From an uncultured Acidobacteriota bacterium (lineage in GTDB: Bacteria > Acidobacteriota > Terriglobia > Acidiferrales > UBA7541), in the NCBI GenBank assembly GCA_963778235.1, contig CAVZTQ010000002.1, positions 39,766 through 103,765 on the forward strand: 64,000 nt of DNA. Direction: 5' to 3'. Made by a program: the position numbers and the translations under genes. The notes under the pieces are model-generated. The model made no database searches. It saw only the letters and a program-made list of their open reading frames with translations, and was not told where the DNA came from. Below, in pieces: positions 55,918 to 64,000 of this stretch. The stretch's first letter is position 1; each line of letters opens with the position of its first letter.

Positions 55918-56661
55918 GTGCGCCGAATAATTCTGTTGTGCGTCGTACTCGCAGCGATCGTCGTCGGAACGTGGCTATGGTGGCGCAGCTCCTCACCGCA
56001 GCAGCCGTCCGGTGTAACTGCGATTCCGACGATCATCAAGCACCCGGAAAATTTCGCGAGCCGCACATTCGATCCCGCAAATCCTTCACCCGATATGCCG
56101 CAACTCACAGGTGATGAACTTGCCGTCTGCGATACAAATTTTCTATCCAACGCAAACGTCGCCGGTGAAGCTCATGAAACAGACGCCACGCACGCCATCC
56201 TCACCGTCACCGGCGTCAACGTAAATCTTGAGCTCGACATCACAATTTGGGTGCCCAACGCCGCATCCGATCACGTGATCGAACATGAACAAGGCCATCG
56301 CGAAATTTCAGAACATTTTTACGCAACGGCCGACAAACTCGCCGCGAAAATCGCCTCCGAATACATCGGAAAGAAAATTCTAGTGACCGGCGCCGATTTG
56401 CGCGGCGAAATTAGCAAAACACTTCGCCAAATGGGCGCCGACATCACCGAACAATACGGCAGGGAATTGAATCCAAATCCAACGCAACTCCGCTACGACT
56501 CCATCACCGATCACAGCCGCAATGACGTCTCGGCAAAAGACGCCGTCGCTCAAGCCCTCAGCGAGAGTCCCGCCGCTTCAACCAGACTCCGTCAAGTCGA
56601 AAACGCTCTCGCGCTCGGTTCACGTAGGGGCGGTTCCGTGACCCGCCCGCCTCCCAACTAG
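55918..56661 (+). CDS. Secreted/anchored putative Zn-metalloprotease-like protein (HExxH), C-terminal codons supplied by a REP-like element
   Basis: N-terminal TM segment (ILLCVVLAAIVVGTWLWW). HEQGH motif in SDHVIEHEQGHREISEH. The last 12 codons (RRGGSVTRPPPN*) read through the class I repeat. Confidence 0.6.
   Translation: MRRIILLCVVLAAIVVGTWLWWRSSSPQQPSGVTAIPTIIKHPENFASRTFDPANPSPDMPQLTGDELAVCDTNFLSNANVAGEAHETDATHAILTVTGVNVNLELDITIWVPNAASDHVIEHEQGHREISEHFYATADKLAAKIASEYIGKKILVTGADLRGEISKTLRQMGADITEQYGRELNPNPTQLRYDSITDHSRNDVSAKDAVAQALSESPAASTRLRQVENALALGSRRGGSVTRPPPN
56624..56656 (+). repeat. REP-like element, class I
   Basis: GTAGGGGCGGTTCCGTGACCCGCCCGCCTCCCAA has the same architecture as 670-700 with 3 substitutions. 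Confidence 0.75.
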
Positions 56662-56719
56662 CAGACGCCCCAGTCCATATGCCTTCCCTGCATTGGTTGC
56701 GCAAACGCAAATTCTCACC

Positions 56720-56748
56720 TTGACATTCGAGTGGAGTCTTTGTATCCT
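56720..56748 (+). promoter_or_regulatory. Candidate promoter of the PadR-ADOP5 operon (near-leaderless)
   Basis: TTGACA (56720-56725), a 17-nt spacer, then TATCCT (56743-56748). ATG 56758 is 9 nt downstream and there is no SD. The inverted repeat TTGCG-CAAA-CGCAA lies just upstream (56697-56710). Confidence 0.4.
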
Positions 56749-56757
56749 CCGCCTAGA

Positions 56758-57120
56758 ATGTCTACTAAAGAACAATCCGACCGTATCGAAATGCTCCAAG
56801 GCACTCTCGACCTTCTCATCCTCCGCACGCTCCTGCTCGGCCCAACTCACGGCCACGCTATCGCGAAGGCCATTGAATTTAATTCCGACGACGTCCTCCA
56901 GGTCGAACAAGGCTCTCTCTATCCCGCGCTCCACCGGCTCATCAAGCGCGAATGGATTTCTTTCGAGGTCGGTACCTCCGAAAATAATCGTCAGGCAAAA
57001 TTTTATCGGCTCACCGCAAAGGGCCGCCGCCAGCTGATCGTCGAAACCAGCAAGTGGGACAAACTCGCTCGCGCCATCGGACAAATTCTTCGTCCGGCGG
57101 AACAGGAAGGTGAAGTATGA
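56758..57120 (+). CDS. PadR-family transcriptional regulator (acidobacterial type), intact
   Basis: [56 protein letters not shown]...[32 protein letters not shown]. Its stop overlaps the ADOP ATG (ATGA). Confidence 0.88.
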   Translation: MSTKEQSDRIEMLQGTLDLLILRTLLLGPTHGHAIAKAIEFNSDDVLQVEQGSLYPALHRLIKREWISFEVGTSENNRQAKFYRLTAKGRRQLIVETSKWDKLARAIGQILRPAEQEGEV

Positions 57121-59771
57121 GTATTCGCAAACGCATGTTGAATGACATGGATCAGGACATCAGCGAGCACATCGCCCGCGAAACGCAGGACAACATCGAT
57201 CGCGGCATGGCGCCCGACGAAGCACGCTTCGCCGCTCTGCGAAAATTCGGCAATGTCGGCGTGGTAAAAGAAAATACGCGCGAAGTGTGGAGCGTCGTTT
57301 GGGTTGAGCAATTAGGAAAGGACCTTCGCTTCAGCCTGCGCATGTTGCGCAAAAATCCCAGTTTCACGCTCGTCGCCATTCTTACTCTGGCTCTCGGAAT
57401 CGGCGCAAACGCCGCTATCTTCAGCCTCGTTCGGGGAGTCCTTCTGCGCCCCCTCGTGAATCGCGACGAGAATCGCCTCATCTACGTTCGCCAAAGCGCC
57501 GCAGGTCTTAATGTCGACGACATAGCATTCTCCGTCCCAGAAGTGGAGGATCTCCGCGCCGGCGTTAAATCCGTTTCCGAATTTGGCGAGTTCTCCCAGA
57601 ACAATTTCACTCTGCTCGGCCTCGGCGATCCTCGCGTCGTTCGCGCCGGTATCGTTGATGGTTCTTATTTTGAAGTCGTCGGCCTGCATCCCGTTCTCGG
57701 GCGTCTGCTGGACATGCGCGACGACGGCCCCAAAGCCGAAGGCGCGGTAGTACTCACATATCATTTCTGGACCGACGTCCTCAAAAGTGATCCCTCCGTC
57801 ATCGGCAAAACCGTTCGTCTTGACGGTATTTTCGGGATGCGCCCTGCCACCGTTGTCGGAGTCCTTGAGCCGTCCATCCCGTATCCCGCCGAGACTGAAA
57901 TCATGTCCAACGTCGTCACCAGCCCGCATCATCTTTCCGCCACCATGGTCCAGGGCCGCGTTCATCGTATGACGGAACTTTTCGGCCGCCTCGCTCCAGG
58001 CGTAACTCTCGAGCAAGCCCGCGCCGAACTCACCGGCGTCTTCGCAACAATGACCAAAGATCATCCGTCTGATTATCCCAAGCAAGACCGCAACGGTATT
58101 GACGCCAAACTTCTGCGCGAACAAATCACTTCCAGAGCGCGAACTGTTCTTCTCGTTCTCCTCGCTGCATCCGGACTCATTTTCATCATTGCCTGCTCCA
58201 ACGTCGCGAACTTAATTCTTGCGCGCACCGTTCGCCGCGAAGGCGAACTTGGTATTCGCGCCGCTCTCGGCGCCAGCACTGGTTCGCTTCGCCGTACTCT
58301 ACTCGCGGAAAATCTTTTGCTGTGCGGAGCGGGCGCCGCGCTTGGCGTTCTGATCGCGCGGCCGATGGTAGCCGTTCTCGCGCGTTACGCTTCGCGATTT
58401 TCTGTTCGTGCCTTGGATCTCAAAGTGGATTCGACCATGCTCTGGGTCGGCGCGGGACTCGCGCTGCTTGCGGCGGTTCTGCTAGCGTTCGTTCCGCGCC
58501 TGCCCTCGGCAAATGCCTCCCAGGGAATTACCCACGCCGCCGGCGGCACGCGCGTAGCGGGCGGAACCAATCGACGCCTTCGCATTTTCGCAATGGTCCA
58601 AATCGCCGCGTGCTTTGTGCTTCTTGCGGGCGCCAGCATGCTGGTAAAGACGCTTCTTTCTCTGCAATCCGCGCAGACCGGTCTGGACATGCATCATGTG
58701 CTCACGTTTAACATGCCCGTAACCACCTATGGAAAAACTGAGGACCAGAACGCCAGTTTCTACCGCGAAACTCTTCGCCGCATTCAGGCAATTCCTGGCG
58801 TGGACGCTGTCTCCATCGGTTCTGAAATTCCCTGGCGCGACGCTGGTCAATTCGGTTCCGGTGTGCACTTCACTGCCGACGGACAAGTTCACGGCACTCC
58901 GGAGCAAGATCCGCGCGGTCACTTCCGCACCGTTACTCCGGGATTTTTCGCTTCACTCGGCGTTCCCATCCTCGCTGGCCGCGATTTCAATGACTCCGAT
59001 CGCCGCACTTCCGAGCCTGTCGTCATCATTAGCCAAACGGTTGCCCAGCGCACGTTCCCGAATCGCGATGCCGTCGACCGCCACGTGATCTTGACCGATC
59101 CCGTAATTAAATTTATTCCCGGATTTAACACCGCCACAGCGCGCATCGTCGGCGTCTCTGCCGACGTGGACGACGAGCACGTTGTTCCCGGCCAAATCAT
59201 GACCCTCTACTATCCGTTCGAGCAGGTAATGTTCGGCGGCAGATTGTTTGTGCACACCAGCGCCGATCCTTACTCGCTAGTTAAGCCCATCACGCGCGTC
59301 GTGCGCGATATGTCCGCCGACCAGCCGCTCGAGAGCGCCGCCACGCTCGCCGACGTCCGTGCAGAAGTTCTCACTCCCGACCGCCTCAACACTTTCGTCT
59401 TTGGCGGATTCGCTCTCGTCGCGCTCGTCATCGCAGTCGTCGGAGTCGCCGGAGTTCTCGCATTTTCGGTCAGCGCTCGCACACGCGAATTTGGAATTCG
59501 CATCGCGCTCGGTTCGCAACCCTATCAGCTATTGAAGGGCGTAATTGTCGAAGGTGTCGTGATGGCAGGCTTAGGAATTATCGCAGGCGGAGCGGCAGGA
59601 TACGCGTTGGCTCGTCTCGCCGGAAGTTATTTCCAGGACGTGCATATGCCCGGCGCAATCGTCGTCGGCGTCTCGGCATTACTCTTGCTGGCCGCGGCCG
59701 TAATCGCTTCTGCGCTGCCGGCAATTCGCGCCGCCCGTGTTGACGTGATCCAAGCCCTTCGCGCGGAATAA
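57117..59771 (+). CDS. ADOP-family duplicated permease (fifth copy, diverged N-terminus)
   Basis: 884 aa. ...[72 protein letters not shown], two FtsX modules, C-terminal [10 protein letters not shown]. Confidence 0.9.
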   Translation: MSIRKRMLNDMDQDISEHIARETQDNIDRGMAPDEARFAALRKFGNVGVVKENTREVWSVVWVEQLGKDLRFSLRMLRKNPSFTLVAILTLALGIGANAAIFSLVRGVLLRPLVNRDENRLIYVRQSAAGLNVDDIAFSVPEVEDLRAGVKSVSEFGEFSQNNFTLLGLGDPRVVRAGIVDGSYFEVVGLHPVLGRLLDMRDDGPKAEGAVVLTYHFWTDVLKSDPSVIGKTVRLDGIFGMRPATVVGVLEPSIPYPAETEIMSNVVTSPHHLSATMVQGRVHRMTELFGRLAPGVTLEQARAELTGVFATMTKDHPSDYPKQDRNGIDAKLLREQITSRARTVLLVLLAASGLIFIIACSNVANLILARTVRREGELGIRAALGASTGSLRRTLLAENLLLCGAGAALGVLIARPMVAVLARYASRFSVRALDLKVDSTMLWVGAGLALLAAVLLAFVPRLPSANASQGITHAAGGTRVAGGTNRRLRIFAMVQIAACFVLLAGASMLVKTLLSLQSAQTGLDMHHVLTFNMPVTTYGKTEDQNASFYRETLRRIQAIPGVDAVSIGSEIPWRDAGQFGSGVHFTADGQVHGTPEQDPRGHFRTVTPGFFASLGVPILAGRDFNDSDRRTSEPVVIISQTVAQRTFPNRDAVDRHVILTDPVIKFIPGFNTATARIVGVSADVDDEHVVPGQIMTLYYPFEQVMFGGRLFVHTSADPYSLVKPITRVVRDMSADQPLESAATLADVRAEVLTPDRLNTFVFGGFALVALVIAVVGVAGVLAFSVSARTREFGIRIALGSQPYQLLKGVIVEGVVMAGLGIIAGGAAGYALARLAGSYFQDVHMPGAIVVGVSALLLLAAAVIASALPAIRAARVDVIQALRAE

Positions 59772-59821
59772 AATCTGAAATTGTTTTCACCGGCGGGCAG
59801 TCCTGCGGCGCTAAACAATAT

Positions 59822-60340
59822 ATGCGGCGTCTAGCGCTAAGTAGGAAAACCGAGGTGCCACTCATGCTCAACCGAATCTTCCCGAAGCAGTTCGACAATC
59901 ACTATCGCGGGCAAAAAGTTGCCGTCTGGCTTTTTGCGCTCCTCACGTTGATGAACACCGTGATTTCCCTTGTCGCCATTTTCAAAGCCGATGGCGCCTT
60001 GCAGTCCGTCGACGGAATTCCGCTCGACACTTATGGCTCGTCCGCCGCCCAAGCCGTAATCGGAATCGTAGCTGTCCTCGGACTCGCCAGACTCCTGCTC
60101 TGCGTCATCTTCTTCATAGCGTTCATTCGCTACCGCGCCATGATTCCGCTCATGTATGTCCTGCTCGTCAACGACTGGCTCGCGCACAGGGGAATCGGAA
60201 TAATTAAACCCATCGCCCGCAGCGGTGTCCCCGCAGCACATTACGTCCCCTTCGCGCTTCTCGCAATCAGCGTGATCGGCCTGATCCTCTCCCTGACCGG
60301 AAAAAATTATTCGCAAACGCAAAGCCCTCCCTCGGTCTGA
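59822..60340 (+). CDS. Integral membrane protein, unknown function
   Basis: Four hydrophobic helices (VAVWLFALLTLMNTVISLVAIF, AVIGIVAVLGLARLLLCVIFFIAFI, ...). The start may be ATG 59864. Confidence 0.6.
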   Translation: MRRLALSRKTEVPLMLNRIFPKQFDNHYRGQKVAVWLFALLTLMNTVISLVAIFKADGALQSVDGIPLDTYGSSAAQAVIGIVAVLGLARLLLCVIFFIAFIRYRAMIPLMYVLLVNDWLAHRGIGIIKPIARSGVPAAHYVPFALLAISVIGLILSLTGKNYSQTQSPPSV

Positions 60341-60346
60341 ATACAT

Positions 60347-60973
60347 TTACTCTTCGACGAATCGATAGCTGCCGTGGCTGTCGTAGTCGATTCCGTGCTT
60401 TTTCTTCAGCTCTTGAATGTACTTCAGCGTTGTTTGGTTGTGGGGCCCGACGCCGTCATTTGTATGGAGCAGTATTTCTTCCAGGCAACTATTCACGCTC
60501 ATGCGATTGTGCGCGGCCAAATCATTCAGCAGAGCAGCGAGGCGCTTTTCGAGGCGTACCGGAACATCTACGCGCTGAATCTTGATTGGTGTCCCGGCAT
60601 TGAACAAGTGGTGCCCAAAGGAAAGGTAGTATCCATGTAAGTCGCGGACGGCGTAATCGCGAATTCCGTATTCACGGTCGTCGATCGGTGTCGCGATTTC
60701 CACGCCATTGTCGCGATGGAATTCGTACAGCTCGTCGGCATTTCCGACAACGAATGAAACCGTCCAGCCCTTTGGGTCGGGCGCGCCCTTCTGCAAGAAC
60801 ATCTGCACGTTGCCGAGGTTGACCCCTGCGAATGTCGGCGGATCGCCCCAGGTAAAGCCCAACTTGAATCCGAGTTTGCGCGTGTAAAACTCCGCGGCTG
60901 CGGGAATATCGGAGACGACCAGAGCGGGATGAACTTGCTCGCATTCGACAAACGGAGTGACTGGCGTCATCAT
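60347..60973 (-). CDS. VOC (glyoxalase/bleomycin-resistance fold) protein with a ~75-aa C-terminal extension resembling a ribbon-helix-helix
   Basis: GAGGAGG lies 6 nt before ATG 60973. HPALVVSDIPAAAEFYTRKLGFKLGF...YGIRDYAVRDLHGYYLSFGHH is the VOC fold. The tail VDVPVRLEKRLAALLNDLAAHNRMSVNSCLEEILLH fits a beta-helix-turn-helix (RHH) pattern. Confidence 0.75.
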   Translation of the reverse strand: MMTPVTPFVECEQVHPALVVSDIPAAAEFYTRKLGFKLGFTWGDPPTFAGVNLGNVQMFLQKGAPDPKGWTVSFVVGNADELYEFHRDNGVEIATPIDDREYGIRDYAVRDLHGYYLSFGHHLFNAGTPIKIQRVDVPVRLEKRLAALLNDLAAHNRMSVNSCLEEILLHTNDGVGPHNQTTLKYIQELKKKHGIDYDSHGSYRFVEE

Positions 60974-61159
60974 GGATGCCTCCTCGGCCTGGTCCAATAA
61001 CTTATTTCAAGCGCGCCGACTGTAGCAGCGTCGCAAGAATTGCCTGGTGAAACACTACAATAATTGCTGGCCACGGCGCTAGAAGGAGTATTGGCGGGTG
61101 GCCGCACTTCTGCCCCTCTGTTGAATATGTTCTTGACCGAGTTTTGACTCTGCCGGGTG

Positions 61160-61186
61160 CCCCACACGTCGTACCTACGTGTGGGG
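61160..61186. repeat. 10-bp perfect hairpin CCCCACACGT-N7-ACGTGTGGGG (member of a GTGTGGG-core repeat family)
   Basis: Related half-sites: CGATGTGTGGGACACCC at ~16998, CGATGTGTGAGGGACCC at ~18437, AAAGTGTGGGGCTTTTG at ~61325. Confidence 0.55.
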
Positions 61187-61430
61187 TTCTTGACCTTCCA
61201 CCCAATCGCGAGTCGGGTCGACCACCCTAAACAAATCGCCATCGCCCCAGCTCTCGATCGTCACCCCGAGCTTCGAGGGACCTGCTTTTTGTTTGGCGGG
61301 TGGTCATCCTTTGCATCACGCAAAGTGTGGGGCTTTTGACGTCTTAGCGCGACCTTGCAACAATCAAAACGAAAAATCCACTCTCATATCCGTATTATTT
61401 CCAAGCCCTTACACCATATTTCATCAAGAA

Positions 61431-61526
61431 CCCCGTACCCCCCACCCCCACCCTCGTTAACGATGTGCATGCTAATAAAGGACTTTCAGCGATCTGGTGT
61501 GCAAGTGTATGCTAATAAGGGACTTA
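61431..61526 (+). repeat. Poly-C tract followed by two ATGCTAATAA(A/G)GGACTT boxes (dispersed repeat family, locus B)
   Basis: CCCCGTACCCCCCACCCCCACCC at 61431-61453. Boxes GCATGCTAATAAAGGACTTT (to 61486) and GTATGCTAATAAGGGACTTA (to 61526) lie about 40 nt apart. The architecture matches 15431-15567. Confidence 0.6.
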
Positions 61527-61724
61527 GAGGAGATTGATGTTTCAGAGTTGAAAATTTCGCCTTCGACATTGCCTTGTCCGAACTCTTTTCTGTCGACTAA
61601 CCACCCGCCCCTAGCCACTATCTCTCGAACTATTACTCATTACTAATAGCATAAAAATCGCCCGTCAGACGCCAACCAAATCCCAAAAGCCCCATTTTCC
61701 TTTTTTCCAAATCCCTACCAAAAA

Positions 61725-61780
61725 CTGCATTATAATGCAGTTTCCTGAAAAACCACCCATTCCGTATGCATTATAATGCA
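61725..61780. promoter_or_regulatory. Two copies of the perfect palindrome TGCATTATAATGCA (candidate operator pair; each embeds TATAAT)
   Basis: CTGCATTATAATGCAG at 61725-61740 (16-bp perfect palindrome) and TGCATTATAATGCA at 61767-61780. The centres are 41 bp apart, 215-270 bp upstream of the radical SAM gene. Confidence 0.5.
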
Positions 61781-61993
61781 CTTTGTCACCCTTTTTACCT
61801 TTCTTTCCGGTACCACTCTCATTGCTCGCCGCACCCGAAGCCGGTTGAACTTGAACCCAGGGGGAGTAACTACATAGTTATCTACGGGGCGCCATTCTTC
61901 GCCCCGGCATACACTGATGAAGAGATCACTTCGGGCGATGAACGCATGTTAGAATGTTGATGGAACGCCAGACCCTCTTCCGGAATTTTCGCC

Positions 61994-63109
61994 ATGCAAG
62001 ATTTGAAAATCCTACAAAAGACTGAATCGCTTCATGAAGCCCGCTGGTGGGAAACTTCAGCGGATGGACGTGTGCATTGCTATTTGTGTCCGAGGCATTG
62101 TCACATCGGGGATGGGCAGGGGGGATTTTGTTTTATCCGCGTGAATCAGGGCGGTAAACTTTTTAGTTTGGGATACGCCTCGCCCGCCGCGCTGCAAGTG
62201 GATCCGATTGAGAAAAAACCGCTGAATCATTTTCTTCCCGGCACAAAGGTTTTTTCGATGGGCACCGCAGGATGCAACATGGGCTGCTTCTTCTGTCAGA
62301 ATTGGGACATTTCAAAATCGCATCAGGATCAAGTTCATTCGACACTCTTGCCGCCGGAAGATGTTCCAACTATGGCGCGAAGAAATGGATGTCCGACGAT
62401 TGCGTTCACCTACAACGAGCCGACGATTTGGGGCGAATATGTTGTGGACATTTGCAAGTCAGCGCGCGAGCAGGGAATTGCAACCGTGATGGTGACAAAC
62501 GGATACATCACGCGCGAAGCCTTCCACGATATTTACGATCACATTGACGCCGCGAACGTGGATCTGAAAGCGTTCACCGAGAACTTTTACGGGCGCATTA
62601 CCCTGACGGAACTCCAGCCGGTACTGGATGTAATTAAATGGCTGAAAAATGATACTGATGTTTGGTTTGAGCTGACGAATCTACTGATTCCAACTTTGAA
62701 TGACGATCCCGGAGAAATTCGTAGACTAGCGGACTGGGTTTTGGAAAATATTGGGCCAGATGTGCCCGTACATTTCACAGCGTTCCATCCGGATTTCAAA
62801 TTGCGGGATAAGCCGCCAACTCCTCCAGAAACTTTGCACATGGCGCATAAAATCGCGCGCGAAGCCGGACTGAATTACGTTTACGAGGGGAATATTCATG
62901 GCGGCGCAAAGGATACAATTTGTCCTTCGTGTAACACCGCAGTGATTCGGCGGTCGTGGCATAACGTGATTGAAAATAATTTGCGTGATGGCGCGTGCGG
63001 GAAGTGCGGCACGAAAATTCCGGGTCGGTGGAAAACATTGGATGGTGGGGCGCGGTTATCTGCTGACGGACGGAAAAATATTTCCAGATACGATTCGATT
63101 AATATTTAG
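61994..63109 (+). CDS. AmmeMemoRadiSam-system-type radical SAM enzyme (no AMMECR1 or Memo partner in the window)
   Basis: WWETSADGRVHCYLCPRHCHIGDGQGGFCFIRVNQGGKL...GTAGCNMGCFFCQNWDISK (CX3CX2C)...IAFTYNEPTIWGEY...VTNGYI...NVDLKAF...VHFTAFHPDFK. The C-terminal CPSC...CGKC is a Zn-ribbon-like pair. Confidence 0.85.
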   Translation: MQDLKILQKTESLHEARWWETSADGRVHCYLCPRHCHIGDGQGGFCFIRVNQGGKLFSLGYASPAALQVDPIEKKPLNHFLPGTKVFSMGTAGCNMGCFFCQNWDISKSHQDQVHSTLLPPEDVPTMARRNGCPTIAFTYNEPTIWGEYVVDICKSAREQGIATVMVTNGYITREAFHDIYDHIDAANVDLKAFTENFYGRITLTELQPVLDVIKWLKNDTDVWFELTNLLIPTLNDDPGEIRRLADWVLENIGPDVPVHFTAFHPDFKLRDKPPTPPETLHMAHKIAREAGLNYVYEGNIHGGAKDTICPSCNTAVIRRSWHNVIENNLRDGACGKCGTKIPGRWKTLDGGARLSADGRKNISRYDSINI

Positions 63110-63148
63110 TCCCCGCAGAAATTACAACTCCGAAGAATGTTTGAACTC

Positions 63149-64000
63149 TTAGACGGCCCATCCGTAGCGCTCTACTTGGCTGAAATGTTCGCGCATGGCT
63201 TCGCGCGTGCAGGAAACAAATTCCGAACAGCTTACGGATTTGGTGCCGCGCTCTGCGATATCTGCTGTGCGCATTCCGGATTCGAGCACGTGCTCGATGG
63301 CGGTTTCGATTGCTTGCGCTTCGGCGTGCATGTCAAAACTTTCTCGCAGCATCATTGTCGCGCTAACGATTGCTCCGATGGGACATGCAATGTCTTTTCC
63401 TGCGATTGAGGGAGCCGAGCCGTGAATCGGTTCGTACAGCGATGGGCCGAGTCCCCAGCTCATTGAAGGTATTAGTCCGAGTGAGCCTTCGACGCCGGCG
63501 GCGCCATCGCTCAAAATATCTCCAAACATGTTTGAAGTGACGATCACGTCAAATTGTTCGGGATTGATCACGAGTTGCAGGGAAGCGTTGTCGACATACA
63601 TGTGATCGGTTTTTACGCGCGGATAATTCAGGGCGATTTCTTTCGCGCGTGTGCGCCACAAAACGGAGGACGCGAGAACATTTGCTTTATCGACGGACGT
63701 CAAATAATTTCCGCGGCGCGCCGCGCGTTCAAATGCGAATCGCACGATACGATCAATTTCAGTAGCCGTATAAGATTCGATATCCCACGCGCGTTCTGAT
63801 CCTGATACGCCTTCGGATTTGTGTTCGCCAAAATAAATTCCGCCCGCAAGTTCGCGGACGATTTCCAAATCCACATTTCGCGCACGCTCGGCGCGGAGCG
63901 GAGAAATATTCAGAAGGGCTGGGCGAACTTTTATCGGGCGAACATTTGCGAAGAGGCCGAGTTCCTGACGGAGAGCGAGAAGTCCACTTTCGGGGCGATT
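63149..64000 (-). CDS. leuB: 3-isopropylmalate dehydrogenase (or a close isocitrate/isopropylmalate DH family member); 5' end beyond the window
   Basis: The frame is open to nt 64000 (...[19 protein letters not shown]...[29 protein letters not shown]...VDKANVL...[27 protein letters not shown]...GSLGLIPS...[23 protein letters not shown]). Confidence 0.88.
   Translation of the reverse strand, partial: NRPESGLLALRQELGLFANVRPIKVRPALLNISPLRAERARNVDLEIVRELAGGIYFGEHKSEGVSGSERAWDIESYTATEIDRIVRFAFERAARRGNYLTSVDKANVLASSVLWRTRAKEIALNYPRVKTDHMYVDNASLQLVINPEQFDVIVTSNMFGDILSDGAAGVEGSLGLIPSMSWGLGPSLYEPIHGSAPSIAGKDIACPIGAIVSATMMLRESFDMHAEAQAIETAIEHVLESGMRTADIAERGTKSVSCSEFVSCTREAMREHFSQVERYGWAV

Noticed and set aside
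1-64000. Mobile genetic element, prophage or defence island (integrase, transposase, RM, TA, Cas, retron)
   Set aside because: No integrase, transposase, reverse transcriptase, nuclease-helicase or toxin-antitoxin-like gene pairs were recognised. The only mobile-looking DNA is the short REP-like repeats.
1-64000. tRNA, rRNA, tmRNA or RNase P genes
   Set aside because: By eye, no cloverleaf-type conserved T-loop (GGTTCGAATCC-like) segments or rRNA-like stretches appear in the intergenic regions. This is not a substitute for a tRNAscan or Rfam scan.

Overview
This 64-kb chromosomal window is almost certainly from an Acidobacteriota (Terriglobia-like) genome. That inference rests on five ADOP-type duplicated MacB/FtsX orphan permeases, two acidobacterial-type PadR regulators and two VWFA-related acidobacterial-domain proteins. 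Four of the permeases sit in tandem at 1170-12054 behind one PadR; the fifth PadR-ADOP pair is at 56758-59771. There is also a TPR-tailed Ser/Thr kinase and many secreted proteins of unknown function.

Genes I can name:
- Metal and transport: VIT1/CCC1 transporter (5' end off window), Cu/Ag P1B-ATPase, sugE-type SMR, DtxR/MntR regulator.
- Envelope and secreted: M14 carboxypeptidase-like protein, 7-bladed FG-GAP lipoprotein, PBP4(S13)-D-aminoacylase fusion, OmpA-family protein.
- Metabolism: PPK2, stand-alone nuoB, YgfZ/GcvT-like gene (frameshifted), MBL hydrolase, benzoate-CoA-ligase-like enzyme, aldehyde dehydrogenase, leuB (5' end off window).
- A MocR/PdxR-like regulator, hotdog thioesterase, pdxS and pdxT in one run.
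- Others: LMW phosphatase, DUF302, DUF1801, cupin, VOC protein, AmmeMemoRadiSam-type radical SAM enzyme.

I saw no rRNA, tRNA, CRISPR array, transposase or phage genes.

Most noteworthy observations:
1. A family of GTAG + GC-hairpin (REP-like) elements, at least 10 copies in 4 sequence classes, mostly just 3' of stop codons. One 25-nt copy sits between an ATG/SD and the in-frame signal peptide of the M14 peptidase gene, and deleting exactly those 25 nt restores one ORF.
2. A tandem array of four diverged paralogous secreted proteins sharing a Trp-rich N-terminal motif, followed by a VWFA-related protein (24847-30645). I cannot assign the family; it is the best candidate for an undescribed extracytoplasmic system.
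3. An S13 D,D-peptidase fused to a D-aminoacylase.
4. Two gene-free, repeat-mosaic regions (15271-15902 and 61000-61990) that share a poly-C tract plus about 40-nt-spaced AAGGACTTA boxes. The second region also carries two copies of the perfect palindrome TGCATTATAATGCA upstream of an orphan AmmeMemoRadiSam gene.
5. Five genes disrupted by different lesions: three 1-nt frameshifts spread over two genes, two in-frame TAG codons in adjacent genes, and the REP insertion.

All functional calls rest on motif recognition by eye. No database search was run.
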